NCBI GenBank assembly: GCA_949879765.1
Contig: CATLBQ010000007.1
Coordinates: 2,266-66,265 of the forward strand
Reading direction: 5' to 3'
Source of the DNA: an uncultured Bacilli bacterium
GTDB lineage: Bacteria; Bacillota_I; Bacilli_A; ML615J-28; CAG-313
Length of the DNA stretch: 64,000 bases
Shown: positions 51,345-61,263 of the stretch, in pieces
Layout of the letters: each line of letters opens with the position of its first letter
Numbering within the stretch: the stretch's first letter is position 1
The notes under the pieces: generated by a model
The model's input: only the letters and a program-made list of their open reading frames with translations
Database searches by the model: none
What the model was told of the DNA's origin: nothing
Translations under genes and position numbers: made by a program

Positions 51345-53168
51345 TTAGTGTTTTTTTATTTTAGTCGCATCAAATTTTTTCCGTTCCACAGTATCTAAAA
51401 TCAATTTACGTAAACGAATCGTTTTAGGGGTTACTTCTACCAGTTCATCATCATCAATAAAGGACAAATAGTTTTCTAAACTAAATACACGTGGTTTTTT
51501 TAATACAACGGTTGTATCCTTTGTTGCACTTCTTTGATTGGTCATTTGCTTTTCGCGTGTAATATTTACTGCTAAATCTTCTTCCCGATTACAAATACCC
51601 ACAATCATCCCCTCATATACATTCGCACCTGGTTCAATTAATAATTCGCCTCGATCTTCTACCCCACCACAAGCATAAGCCGTTGCCATGCCTTGATTGA
51701 TAGAAACCAAAACACCCAATTTTCTACCTGTAAATACATCTGGTTGAATCGGTCTATAGTCTAAAAAGGTGTGATTAATGATACCATAACCATGTGTTGC
51801 GGTTAAGAAATCTGTCATAAAACCAATGAGTCCTTTCGAAGGTATGGTATAAATTAATCGGGTTTGACCATCTTGGCTATGCATGTTTTCTAGTATGCCT
51901 CTACGATTGCCTAGCATTTCAATCGCAGCACCTACATATTCATCAGGTACATCTACTTGAACATATTCATAGGGTTCACAAGTAACGCCATCTATTTCTT
52001 TTAAAATAACCCTTGGTCTAGATACTTGGAACTCAAAGCCTTCTCGTCTGAGATTTTCCATTAGAATAGAAAGATGTAACTCCCCTCTTCCCGATACAAT
52101 CCATTCTTCTTTATTGTCTACCCGTTCGATTTTTAAACTGACATCACGCTGGGTTTCTCTAAAGAGACGATCTTCTATTTTTCTACCTGTAACATGTGTG
52201 CCTTCTTTTCCCGAAAAAGGAGAAGTATTGGTGCCAAAGTTCATTTGAACAGTTGGTTCTGAAACCCGAATTAAAGGTAGGGCTTCTTCACATCCTTCTT
52301 TACAAACCGTTTCTCCAACATATATATCATCTAGTCCCGCAATAGCAACGATATCTCCTGCTTGGGCAGTTTCTACTTCTATTTTTTTTAGTCCTAAAAA
52401 ACTATATAGTTTTTGGATGCGAAATTTTTGAATTTTTCCATCAACACGAATGCAAGAGACCATCTCATTGAGACGCATGGTTCCTCTTTGAATGCGGCCA
52501 ATACCAATTCGCCCTACATAATCATTATAATCTAATAAGGCAGGTTGAAACTGAAGGGGTGCTTCATCATCATATTCAGGATCAGGAATTTCTTTTAAAA
52601 TCATATCCAAAAGAGGTATCATGCCAGGTTCTTGCGTGGCAGGATCTTCTGATAAACTACAGGTTCCATTGACCGCAGAAGCATAAACTACTGGAAACTC
52701 TAATTGATCATCATCTGCACCTAAATCAATAAACAAATCCAATACTTCATCAATGACCACCGCAGGACGTGCAGAAGGTTTATCAATTTTATTAATAACA
52801 ACGATGGCTTTGTGATGATATTCTAAGGCCTTTTTCAATACAAAGCGAGTTTGAGGCATCGTTCCTTCATACGCATCTACTACCAAGAGTACGCCATCAA
52901 CCATTCCCATAATCCGTTCGACTTCACCAGAGAAGTCGGCATGTCCTGGTGTATCTAAGATATTGATTTTATAATCTTGATAATGTACCGCCGTGGTTTT
53001 TGCCAAAATGGTAATCCCTCTTTCACGTTCAATATCATTTGAATCCATGACACAAGTTTCTACCATTTCGTTTGTACGAAATGTTTCTGTTGATTTTAGC
53101 AATTGATCAACAAGTGTTGTTTTTCCATGGTCGACATGGGCAATAATGGCTATATTTTTAATTTTCAT
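51345..53168 (-). CDS. typA: Translational GTPase TypA/BipA
   Basis: [40 protein letters not shown]. Confidence 0.97.
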   Translation of the reverse strand: MKIKNIAIIAHVDHGKTTLVDQLLKSTETFRTNEMVETCVMDSNDIERERGITILAKTTAVHYQDYKINILDTPGHADFSGEVERIMGMVDGVLLVVDAYEGTMPQTRFVLKKALEYHHKAIVVINKIDKPSARPAVVIDEVLDLFIDLGADDDQLEFPVVYASAVNGTCSLSEDPATQEPGMIPLLDMILKEIPDPEYDDEAPLQFQPALLDYNDYVGRIGIGRIQRGTMRLNEMVSCIRVDGKIQKFRIQKLYSFLGLKKIEVETAQAGDIVAIAGLDDIYVGETVCKEGCEEALPLIRVSEPTVQMNFGTNTSPFSGKEGTHVTGRKIEDRLFRETQRDVSLKIERVDNKEEWIVSGRGELHLSILMENLRREGFEFQVSRPRVILKEIDGVTCEPYEYVQVDVPDEYVGAAIEMLGNRRGILENMHSQDGQTRLIYTIPSKGLIGFMTDFLTATHGYGIINHTFLDYRPIQPDVFTGRKLGVLVSINQGMATAYACGGVEDRGELLIEPGANVYEGMIVGICNREEDLAVNITREKQMTNQRSATKDTTVVLKKPRVFSLENYLSFIDDDELVEVTPKTIRLRKLILDTVERKKFDATKIKKH

Positions 53169-53212
53169 ATGTATACCTTCTTTTTTCCTTACCTATTTTA
53201 CAAAAAGATAAC

Positions 53213-54148
53213 TTATTTGTCAAAAAACAGACTTTCTAAAACGATTACACTTTTTTGGTAGGTATCGATTCTAACCTTGACACCAAGAGGTACATTGACA
53301 AATGGACGACTATGCCCAGTTGGAAAACCAAACAAGACTGGACAAGTTAAATCTTTTGTATAATCCTTTAATACATCTTGTAAACGCTGGGTACCATCTT
53401 CTTCTTTTCGCTCACAATCAGTAAAATACCCAAGTACAATTGCTTTTGCATCTTGTAATTTATGGGCAAGTTGAAGAGTACACAAGTAACGATCAATGGT
53501 GTAAGGTTCTTCTGTAACGTCTTCTAATAAAAGAATTTTATCTTTGGTATCAATTTCATAAGGTGTACCCATTAAACTCGCCACAAGGCATAGATTCCCT
53601 CCTACAATTTCTCCTTCAACAATGCCTTCATTTTGGAAAACGACACCTTCATGTTTTAACAATAACTCCCTCGGTGCAACACCCAATAAAGTATCGATAA
53701 GGTGGGCAAATGAGATATCTTCTTTTTCTAACATTGTTTCTCGAAAGACACAGCCCATTTCACCATGTAATGTCGGTAGACCTGTTTTTTGATAAATGGC
53801 ATTCAACAATACCGTTACATCACTAAAACCTACCAACAGTTTCGGATGTTTTTTGATTTGCTCATAGTCAATTTGGTCTAAAAACCGAGCTGCACCATAA
53901 CCACCCCGAAAGCATAAAATCGCATCAATTGCATCGTCTTGAAAAAATTGATTGAGATCATCTGCCCGAAGCCTATCTGAACCCGCCAAATAGCCTTCCT
54001 TGGCAAACATCGATTTTCCAAGTTGATAGGAAAATCCCTTTTGAGTCAAATATTGTAAAAACCATGCTAATGTTTCAGGTTCTTTCATTTTAGAAGAAGG
54101 GCACATGATACCAAATGTGGCACCTTTTTGTATTCTTTTACATTTCAT
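53213..54148 (-). CDS. ldcA: S66 family LD-carboxypeptidase (muramoyltetrapeptide carboxypeptidase)
   Basis: RGGYG, GFSD (Ser), GGNL, LEDV (Glu), PTGH (His). Confidence 0.88.
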   Translation of the reverse strand: MKCKRIQKGATFGIMCPSSKMKEPETLAWFLQYLTQKGFSYQLGKSMFAKEGYLAGSDRLRADDLNQFFQDDAIDAILCFRGGYGAARFLDQIDYEQIKKHPKLLVGFSDVTVLLNAIYQKTGLPTLHGEMGCVFRETMLEKEDISFAHLIDTLLGVAPRELLLKHEGVVFQNEGIVEGEIVGGNLCLVASLMGTPYEIDTKDKILLLEDVTEEPYTIDRYLCTLQLAHKLQDAKAIVLGYFTDCERKEEDGTQRLQDVLKDYTKDLTCPVLFGFPTGHSRPFVNVPLGVKVRIDTYQKSVIVLESLFFDK

Positions 54149-54156
54149 AAACCGCT

Positions 54157-54477
54157 CTATAGCTGATTGTATTTGGTGCTTTTTCCATAGCACTTTTCCA
54201 CAGGATATTTGGCTTCATTTTTAGCCATTTTATGATTCACGATGGTATCCATATCAAAATGGTATTTTTCACATAAGTAGGTCGCATAAACCAGCACATC
54301 AGCTAACTCATCTTGTAATGCTTCGATATCGGTTGGTTCATCTTGCCATAAAAAGAGCTCTAAGACTTCTGCAGCTTCTATCGATAACCCTTTGGCCAAA
54401 TTGGCACCTGTATGAAATTGTTCCCAGTTTCTATCTTTGGTAAATTGTTCAATCCGCTTGATGGTTTCTATCTTCAT
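54157..54477 (-). CDS. MazG-like nucleotide pyrophosphohydrolase
   Basis: RNWEQFH..NLA..IEAAE..DELADV..KMAKNEAKYP. Confidence 0.9.
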   Translation of the reverse strand: MKIETIKRIEQFTKDRNWEQFHTGANLAKGLSIEAAEVLELFLWQDEPTDIEALQDELADVLVYATYLCEKYHFDMDTIVNHKMAKNEAKYPVEKCYGKSTKYNQL

Positions 54478-55573
54478 ATCTCAATACCTCCTGTAACACT
54501 CCTTCTTGTAATGTTGTAATGCCTGATGGTCGGTAAGTATACTTTGCGCCATTACACATACAAATATAACCATAATGGTCATCAAAAAACATAAAACTTC
54601 TCAGTCCATATGCACTTCCTGTATGCCCATAAAGTCTTGGCCCATAGTCATCTAAAATAAGCAATTGCAATCCTTTTTGTTGATATAATCCCACTCGCTG
54701 ATTGGTATGCCAGTGGATTTGCTTCATCAGCTGAACTGTTGTTGATTTTAGATACTGTTTTCCTTCAAAGGTTCCTTCATTCATCAACATTCTCATAATT
54801 TTAGATAAATCTAAAGGACTAATAAATAATCCCCCCGCAGGCCCTCTAAAATTGTTACCTAGTGGATACTTCGGAAAGCAAACTTCTCTAAATCGTTTGG
54901 CATCACGAATCAATACCCAAGCGTCATTTTCATATTCATATAAACTCGCAATGCGTTCTTGATGTTGAATATCTTCTACCCTAAAACTAGCATCTAATCC
55001 CATTGGAATAAACAGACGTTGTCTTACAAAATCAGTAAAATACATCCCCGTTACTTTTTCAATGATGCAAGCCAAAATACCACATCCAAAGTTAGAGTAA
55101 CAATATGTTGTGCCTGGTTTTTCTTGTAAATATGTCTTTGAAGTATAATAAGCATAGCCTGGATTGGTCAGTAATTGTTCTAAGTCAACAAAAAATGTGG
55201 GACCATTTACACCATCATAGCCATAAATTTGATCTTCTCCATCACATATACTAGAAGTTTGTGTCATTAACATGCGCAGTGTAATAGAGTCATTAGGAAA
55301 ATAAGGGTTTCTCACATGATAGCCCAAATATTTACTAATATCTTCGTAGATATCGACTACCCCCTCATCATAAAGCATCATGATACAAGTTGCTACAATC
55401 ACTTTAGAAATAGAAGCAATTCGGTAAATGGTATGGATATCTGTAGGTTTTTGTTCTTCTAGTGATGCATATCCATATGTAAACTGCTCCATAACACTGC
55501 TTGGATTGGCAATCAAGACGTTTAATCCGACAGCTTGGCTTTCATTAAAAATGGCATTTAATTTTTGTTTCAT
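54449..55573 (-). CDS. Beta-lactamase-fold serine hydrolase (AmpC/AmiE-like)
   Basis: IASISK (SxxK), YSN, PAGGL, GHTG; no signal peptide. Confidence 0.85.
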   Translation of the reverse strand: MKQKLNAIFNESQAVGLNVLIANPSSVMEQFTYGYASLEEQKPTDIHTIYRIASISKVIVATCIMMLYDEGVVDIYEDISKYLGYHVRNPYFPNDSITLRMLMTQTSSICDGEDQIYGYDGVNGPTFFVDLEQLLTNPGYAYYTSKTYLQEKPGTTYCYSNFGCGILACIIEKVTGMYFTDFVRQRLFIPMGLDASFRVEDIQHQERIASLYEYENDAWVLIRDAKRFREVCFPKYPLGNNFRGPAGGLFISPLDLSKIMRMLMNEGTFEGKQYLKSTTVQLMKQIHWHTNQRVGLYQQKGLQLLILDDYGPRLYGHTGSAYGLRSFMFFDDHYGYICMCNGAKYTYRPSGITTLQEGVLQEVLRYEDRNHQAD

Positions 55574-55662
55574 ATTCTTACTCCTTCTTCCTTTTTTTGA
55601 ATAGATATTGTGGTTTTTTGTTTTATATGTATTATACCACAGGTATTTCAAAATCACTATCA

Positions 55663-55690
55663 AAAAGAAGTACTTTTGAAAAAGTACTTC
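55663..55690 (-). terminator. Terminator after the amidase gene
   Basis: gaagtactttt/aaaagtacttc inverted repeat with T-tract. Confidence 0.55.
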
Positions 55691-55692
55691 AT

Positions 55693-56718
55693 CTATTGGG
55701 ATATCACTGTTGTATAAAATGTCCTACACTCTCGTTTTGTTCCCTTTTGGATACAAATTTGGTAAGCCACTTGTTCTTTTTGGGTTATTCTTCCATTGGG
55801 TAGAATATGACTACTTAAGGGGATACAAGTGATTGCATAACCTTCTTGGGTAAAACCTAACATATGAGATTCTACTGCCACCAAGTTTAAAAAGTGATTC
55901 CATAAGTGATTTCTTCTTAATGTTTCTGGACAGTCTTTACCACTAAAATAATGGTGTTGCTTGATATTTTCTAAGGTGAGATGATAGTGGTCCATCAAGT
56001 AAGCTACAAGTTTTGCGGCAAGCTGAAAGGTGTAATATATATCCGTTTGTTGACATACACACATTTCAATACCAATCCCATTGTTATTTCCACCTCGGTT
56101 AGCCACACGATGATAGGTTTCATTATAATACGTTTCACCAATATAATACTTTCCTTGGATGGATTGACAAAGAATACCTAAATCATTGATGTTTTCAGTA
56201 GTACCTCCAAGAGGAGCTTGGATAGTTGTTGCGATGCCATTGATTGCATAGGTTCCATCTTGGATGGTAATATGTGGCAAAGCCTCTCCTACTACACCAG
56301 TATCATATAAGGTATAATCATATTGGGTACTATCTCCCGCATGATAGGCTATTTCATCATCTGGAATGTTATGATAAATGCCATCATTGCCAACTACATA
56401 TTGAAAACTAGCTCCATAAGGTTTGCCTTCATTTTGTTCTGTCCAAACCACTTGATTCCAAAACTGAGCATTTCGATGAGCTGCGGTATCTCCTGTATCA
56501 TGAATGACAATATAGTATTTGGGTTTGATGCATCCATCCCGATTTTGATTGGTAATCGGAGCTAGATGTTCTTGAATGTCTAAAGGCTCAAATAGATAGG
56601 GAATGACACTAGATATTAGTTCGGTTTCAAATTGTTCTTCCCACCCGTACACTTGAATGATTTTTGCAAAGGGATGCTGCTGTTGCAATGATTCGATATA
56701 ACGCCATACTTTTTCCAT
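55693..56718 (-). CDS. N-acetylmuramoyl-L-alanine amidase (Amidase_2)
   Basis: IVIHDT, AYHAGD, GIGIEMC, QHHYFSGKDCP. Confidence 0.85.
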   Translation of the reverse strand: MEKVWRYIESLQQQHPFAKIIQVYGWEEQFETELISSVIPYLFEPLDIQEHLAPITNQNRDGCIKPKYYIVIHDTGDTAAHRNAQFWNQVVWTEQNEGKPYGASFQYVVGNDGIYHNIPDDEIAYHAGDSTQYDYTLYDTGVVGEALPHITIQDGTYAINGIATTIQAPLGGTTENINDLGILCQSIQGKYYIGETYYNETYHRVANRGGNNNGIGIEMCVCQQTDIYYTFQLAAKLVAYLMDHYHLTLENIKQHHYFSGKDCPETLRRNHLWNHFLNLVAVESHMLGFTQEGYAITCIPLSSHILPNGRITQKEQVAYQICIQKGTKRECRTFYTTVISQ

Positions 56719-56726
56719 TGTTACAC

Positions 56727-58277
56727 CTACTTTTTCCATGTATGCGGATGGAATAAGATAAGAACAGGCAGAATCTCTAACCGGCCAATCAACATTGCAA
56801 GGGTCAATATGATTTTTGAAAAACCACTATACATAGCAAAACTACTATAAGGCCCTACAGCTTCTAGTCCTGGTCCAATATTAGAAAGACAAGAAATCGT
56901 TGCACTAAAGTTGGTCATGATTCCATGCTCTACTGCGATACCATCAATGGTATGTATTACCCCATTACAAGGATCAAAAGCCAAAATAATAGTAATCACA
57001 AAAGCAAGTAATCCATACATTGTCAAAAAAGCAAATACATCATCAATGGTACTTGTTTCTAATGATTTTCCTTCAAATTTAGTTTTAGCTACATATCTTG
57101 GATTGATGAGTTTTCGAATTCTTAAACCAATTCCTTTTACAGCAATCACCAGTCGTGAAACTTTAATACCACCACCAGTAGATCCCGCCATAGCCCCACA
57201 AACCATCAAAATAAGTATAACGGTTTTGGCTAAAACGGGCCAATAGGCATCATAATTTATCGTTGAAAAACCAGTTGTTGTGATGATAGAAGCCACTTGA
57301 AAATACGCATGCCTAAAGGTTTCTTCTAATAATCCTGGTGTGAGTTCTTGTAAAGAATGGATTTGATTACTGATAACATTGAATACAATCAAAGCAATGG
57401 CGACTACAATAATGGTTAAATATGTACGTAATTCTTCACTTTTGAAAATTTCTTTGACTTTTCCAATTAACAAGATATAGTATAAGCTAAAATTGATACC
57501 AAAAATAATGAGGAAGGTAGCAATTACATATTGCGTATATGGACTAAAATATTCCATACTGTTTGCTACAAAGCCAAATCCACCAGTACCAGCACTTCCA
57601 AAAGAGGCCAATAGTGCATTGAATACATCCATCTTATACACTGTACCATCAGGTCCAATATGCTCTGGACTAAATAACAATAAAATCACTTCAAGAATCG
57701 TTAATCCTAGATAAATCAAATATAAGATTCTTGTGGTTATCTTCATTTTCGAAGCGATTTTACCGACTTGTGGACCTGGAGATTCTGCTTTTAATAAGTG
57801 AAGCGAGGAGCCGTCGTCACTTTCAGGAATGAAAATGAGAATGAACACCAAGATACCCATACCCCCAATCCAGTGGGTAAAGCTACGCCAAAATAATGAA
57901 CTATGGGATAAAGCTGTCACATCGGTGACAATACTTGCACCAGTTGTTGTAAAACCAGACATCGTTTCAAATAATGCATCAATATAATTGGGAATATCTT
58001 GATTGATAACAAAAGGAATTGCTCCAAAAATAGTCATAATAAGCCATGCAATAGCACATAAAGCAAACCCTTCTTTTTGGTATAATCCCTTTCTTGAAGG
58101 TTGCAATAATTGTAACAAAAATCCTCCACCAATCAATACAACAATCGGAATAATAAATGAAAGGGTATATCTGACCTCTTCTTGATACAAAAGACAAACA
58201 ATTAAGGGAAAGCACATCAAAATGCCTTCTAAGACCATAATCTTTCCAATAATTTTACCTAGTAATTTGAGATTCAT
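56727..58277 (-). CDS. trkH: Trk system potassium uptake membrane protein
   Basis: SGFTTTG, WIGGMG, TTTGF, GSTGGGIK, NIGPG, GRLE. Confidence 0.95.
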   Translation of the reverse strand: MNLKLLGKIIGKIMVLEGILMCFPLIVCLLYQEEVRYTLSFIIPIVVLIGGGFLLQLLQPSRKGLYQKEGFALCAIAWLIMTIFGAIPFVINQDIPNYIDALFETMSGFTTTGASIVTDVTALSHSSLFWRSFTHWIGGMGILVFILIFIPESDDGSSLHLLKAESPGPQVGKIASKMKITTRILYLIYLGLTILEVILLLFSPEHIGPDGTVYKMDVFNALLASFGSAGTGGFGFVANSMEYFSPYTQYVIATFLIIFGINFSLYYILLIGKVKEIFKSEELRTYLTIIVVAIALIVFNVISNQIHSLQELTPGLLEETFRHAYFQVASIITTTGFSTINYDAYWPVLAKTVILILMVCGAMAGSTGGGIKVSRLVIAVKGIGLRIRKLINPRYVAKTKFEGKSLETSTIDDVFAFLTMYGLLAFVITIILAFDPCNGVIHTIDGIAVEHGIMTNFSATISCLSNIGPGLEAVGPYSSFAMYSGFSKIILTLAMLIGRLEILPVLILFHPHTWKK

Positions 58278-58285
58278 ATATACGC

Positions 58286-59641
58286 CTATTCAAAAGCATC
58301 CATCAAATCATCAAAGTTTTGATGGGTAGTCACAACCAATACGCTATCATTTAAAGTAATGCAATCATTTCCATTAGGGATAATGACTTTTCCTTCTCGA
58401 ATAATACAAGCTATCAAACAATCATGACGGATGTTTAAATCTTTAAGTGTTTTATCAAATATTTTTTCTTTCTTTTTAGCATGGAATTCAAGTGCTTCGA
58501 CTTGATTATTAACGAGTTTATATAATGTAAGTACATTACTGCCTTTTTTATTGGCCAATGCTCTAATATAACTGATGATACGATTGGCTACAATATCTTT
58601 AGGTGAAACAGTGTTGGCAATCCCTAAATCACTGACCATTCCCATAAAGCTACTTCTTTTGACCTTCGCAATGACTTTTTTTACTTTGAGTTTTTGAGCA
58701 TACATCGATACAATGATATTTTCTTCATCAATATTGGTTAAGGCAATACAAGCATCACTGCTTTCAATACCTTCTTCTAATAACAAATCATGATCTGTTC
58801 CATCACCATGGATAATGGTTGCTTTGGGTAAGAGTTCAGCCAAATCCTCTGCTCGTTGTGCATTGTTTTCAATCATTTTGACACTATAACGCTTATCGAG
58901 CAATTCTTTTGCGAGGTAATAACTTATTTTCCCTCCCCCTATAATTAAAATACGTTTTAAAGGTGTTTTGATTAAGTTTAATTCTTTTAAGAAATTGACT
59001 AAAGAACTTGCATCTGCGGTTAAGTTAATTCGGTCTCCTTTTTGAATTTTAAAGTTACCTGTTGGAATAATCACTTGATTATTTCGTTGTACAGCACAAA
59101 TCAATACCTTTGTTGTTAATTTTTTACTTAATGAGATGAGTGTTTCATCTTTCAATAAACTATCTTCATCCACTAATAATTCTATCAAGTTCACTTTTCC
59201 CTTTGCGAAAGGTTCTATTTTTAATAAAGATGGTAAATCGACCATACTGGTAATCTCATCTGCAGTTTCTTGTTCAGGATTAACTACCATAGAAAGACCC
59301 AATTCTTCTTGCATGATGATGGTTTGTCTAGAGTATTCTGGATTTCTCACCCGAGCGATTGTACTTTTTGCGCCTAATTTTTTGGCAACCATGCAAGCTA
59401 AAATATTAATCTCATCTTCTGGTGTTACCGCAATCACTAAATCAGTTCCTCTAACACCTGCTTCTTCTTGGATATCTAGACTTGCGCCATTACCAACTAC
59501 CCCTAGTACATCAAAATGTTCAATGAGAGCTTCAACTCGTTTTTTATCATCATCAATGATAACAAGATTATGTCCTTCTTTAGATACATGTTCAATAATG
59601 GTTCCACCAATTGTGCCACATCCAATAACTACGATTTTCAT
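58286..59641 (-). CDS. trkA: Trk system potassium uptake protein TrkA (two RCK domains)
   Basis: IGCGTIG and IGGGKIS Rossmann motifs, ARVRNPEY. Confidence 0.95.
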   Translation of the reverse strand: MKIVVIGCGTIGGTIIEHVSKEGHNLVIIDDDKKRVEALIEHFDVLGVVGNGASLDIQEEAGVRGTDLVIAVTPEDEINILACMVAKKLGAKSTIARVRNPEYSRQTIIMQEELGLSMVVNPEQETADEITSMVDLPSLLKIEPFAKGKVNLIELLVDEDSLLKDETLISLSKKLTTKVLICAVQRNNQVIIPTGNFKIQKGDRINLTADASSLVNFLKELNLIKTPLKRILIIGGGKISYYLAKELLDKRYSVKMIENNAQRAEDLAELLPKATIIHGDGTDHDLLLEEGIESSDACIALTNIDEENIIVSMYAQKLKVKKVIAKVKRSSFMGMVSDLGIANTVSPKDIVANRIISYIRALANKKGSNVLTLYKLVNNQVEALEFHAKKKEKIFDKTLKDLNIRHDCLIACIIREGKVIIPNGNDCITLNDSVLVVTTHQNFDDLMDAFE

Positions 59642-59726
59642 CTTTTCATCCTTTCCATAGGGTCAAGAAAAAAGTGGGAAGATATCCCATCATTTGACTC
59701 ATTGTACACATATATTTATGCTACTT

Positions 59727-59755
59727 ATTATATCACATCTCCTATAACGTGTCAA
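59727..59755 (-). promoter_or_regulatory. Perfect-consensus sigmaA promoter of trkAH
   Basis: TTGACA-17 nt-TATAAT with extended TG. Confidence 0.85.
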
Positions 59756-59773
59756 TTTTTATTGATTCTATCC

Positions 59774-59810
59774 AAAAGAAAAACTATTGAACAAAGTCAA
59801 TAGTCTTTTT
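59774..59810 (-). terminator. Terminator after glyA
   Basis: AAGACTATTGA-CTTTGT-TCAATAGTTTTTCTTTT. Confidence 0.75.
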
Positions 59811-59828
59811 AATGATATCTGTTTTATT

Positions 59829-61049
59829 TTATCTTACTGGAAATTGCTTAGTCAGTTGAAGAACCTCTGCTTTGATTTGCTCCAAACGCTCTTCATCATC
59901 AACAGATTGTAAGGCTTGATCAATCCAATCGGCAATTTGAATCATTTCTTGTTCCTTCATTCCTCTAGATGTCAAAGCAGGTGTACCTAAGCGGATGCCA
60001 CTTGTTACAAATGGGGATTCTGTATCATGCGGAATAGTATTTTTATTGCATGTAATATGGACCCGGTCTAATACTTCCTCTGCCTTTTTTCCTGTAATGT
60101 TGGCTCCTGCTTTGACATTGACCAACATCAAGTGGTTATCCGTTCCACCACTTACCAAAGGATATCCTTTTTGCATTAACGCATTAGCTAATACTTTGGC
60201 ATTTTGAACCACTTGTTTTTGATAAGTTTCAAAAGATGGGTCTAATGCTTCCTTGAAAGCGACAGCTTTTGCAGCAATAATATGCATAAGTGGACCACCT
60301 TGGATTCTTGGGAAAACAGCTTTGTCTATTTTTTTAGCCAGTTCAGCATCATTGGTTAAAATAATACCCCCTCTTGGTCCTCTTAAGGTTTTATGAGTTG
60401 TAGAAGTGGTAATATGGGCATAAGGAATAGGACTCATGTGTAGTTTTGCTGCAACCAGTCCCGCAATATGAGCCATATCTACCATCAAATAGGCTCCTAC
60501 TTCGTCCGCAATTTCTCGAAACTTTTGAAAATCAATTTCTCTAGGATAAGCACTTGCTCCAGTTACAATCAATTGAGGGTGTACTTCTTTGGCTATCTTT
60601 CTCACCTCATCATAATCAATATACCCTGCTTCATTCAAATAGTAGGGAACAAAATGATAATCTAATCCGGAAAAACTCAGTGCATGCCCATGGGTTAAAT
60701 GTCCCCCATCAGTAAGGGCTAATCCCATAACAGTATCCCCTTTTTCAATCATAGCCGCATAAGCTGCCATATTCGCTTGACTACCTGAATGGGGTTGAAC
60801 ATTCACATACTTAGCATCAAATAGCTTTTTCAGTCTTTCTTTAGCCACATTTTCAATTTTATCAACATATTCACATCCACCATAATATCGCTTTTTGGGG
60901 TATCCTTCTGCGTATTTATTGGTTAGTATTGAACCAGTTACAAAACGAACCTCTTCAGATGCATAATTTTCAGAAGCAATCAATTCTAAATGATCGTTTT
61001 GTCGCTTTTCTTCTTCTTCAATATAATGCCTAATTTCTAGGTCTTTCAT
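59829..61049 (-). CDS. glyA: Serine hydroxymethyltransferase
   Basis: [40 protein letters not shown]. Confidence 0.97.
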   Translation of the reverse strand: MKDLEIRHYIEEEEKRQNDHLELIASENYASEEVRFVTGSILTNKYAEGYPKKRYYGGCEYVDKIENVAKERLKKLFDAKYVNVQPHSGSQANMAAYAAMIEKGDTVMGLALTDGGHLTHGHALSFSGLDYHFVPYYLNEAGYIDYDEVRKIAKEVHPQLIVTGASAYPREIDFQKFREIADEVGAYLMVDMAHIAGLVAAKLHMSPIPYAHITTSTTHKTLRGPRGGIILTNDAELAKKIDKAVFPRIQGGPLMHIIAAKAVAFKEALDPSFETYQKQVVQNAKVLANALMQKGYPLVSGGTDNHLMLVNVKAGANITGKKAEEVLDRVHITCNKNTIPHDTESPFVTSGIRLGTPALTSRGMKEQEMIQIADWIDQALQSVDDEERLEQIKAEVLQLTKQFPVR

Positions 61050-61263
61050 ATGGTATTCCCTCTTTCTGTTTTCGTTGTTCGAATAAAACGGTAAAAAATC
61101 CAAATCCAAATAAACCAGTAGATAGATATCCCAATAAAACAATCCAGTGCCTAAGGGATGGAACTTGCGCTTCTTGCACCAGACAAACAATGACATACAA
61201 ACTCAAAAATAATATGACACCCATCACCACACTTATATATCCAATGATTCGTTTATGCTTCAT
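61030..61263 (-). CDS. Small two-TM membrane protein
   Basis: 77 aa, two hydrophobic helices, overlaps both neighbours (translational coupling). Confidence 0.6.
   Translation of the reverse strand: MKHKRIIGYISVVMGVILFLSLYVIVCLVQEAQVPSLRHWIVLLGYLSTGLFGFGFFTVLFEQRKQKEGIPYERPRN

Noticed and set aside
56707-56739. 12-bp direct repeat tactttttccat giving MEKVGVTMEKV
   Set aside because: Only two short copies at the trkH/amidase junction; affects start choice only
59642-59726. c-di-AMP (ydaO) riboswitch upstream of trkA
   Set aside because: The leader is too short and lacks the conserved ydaO sequence blocks
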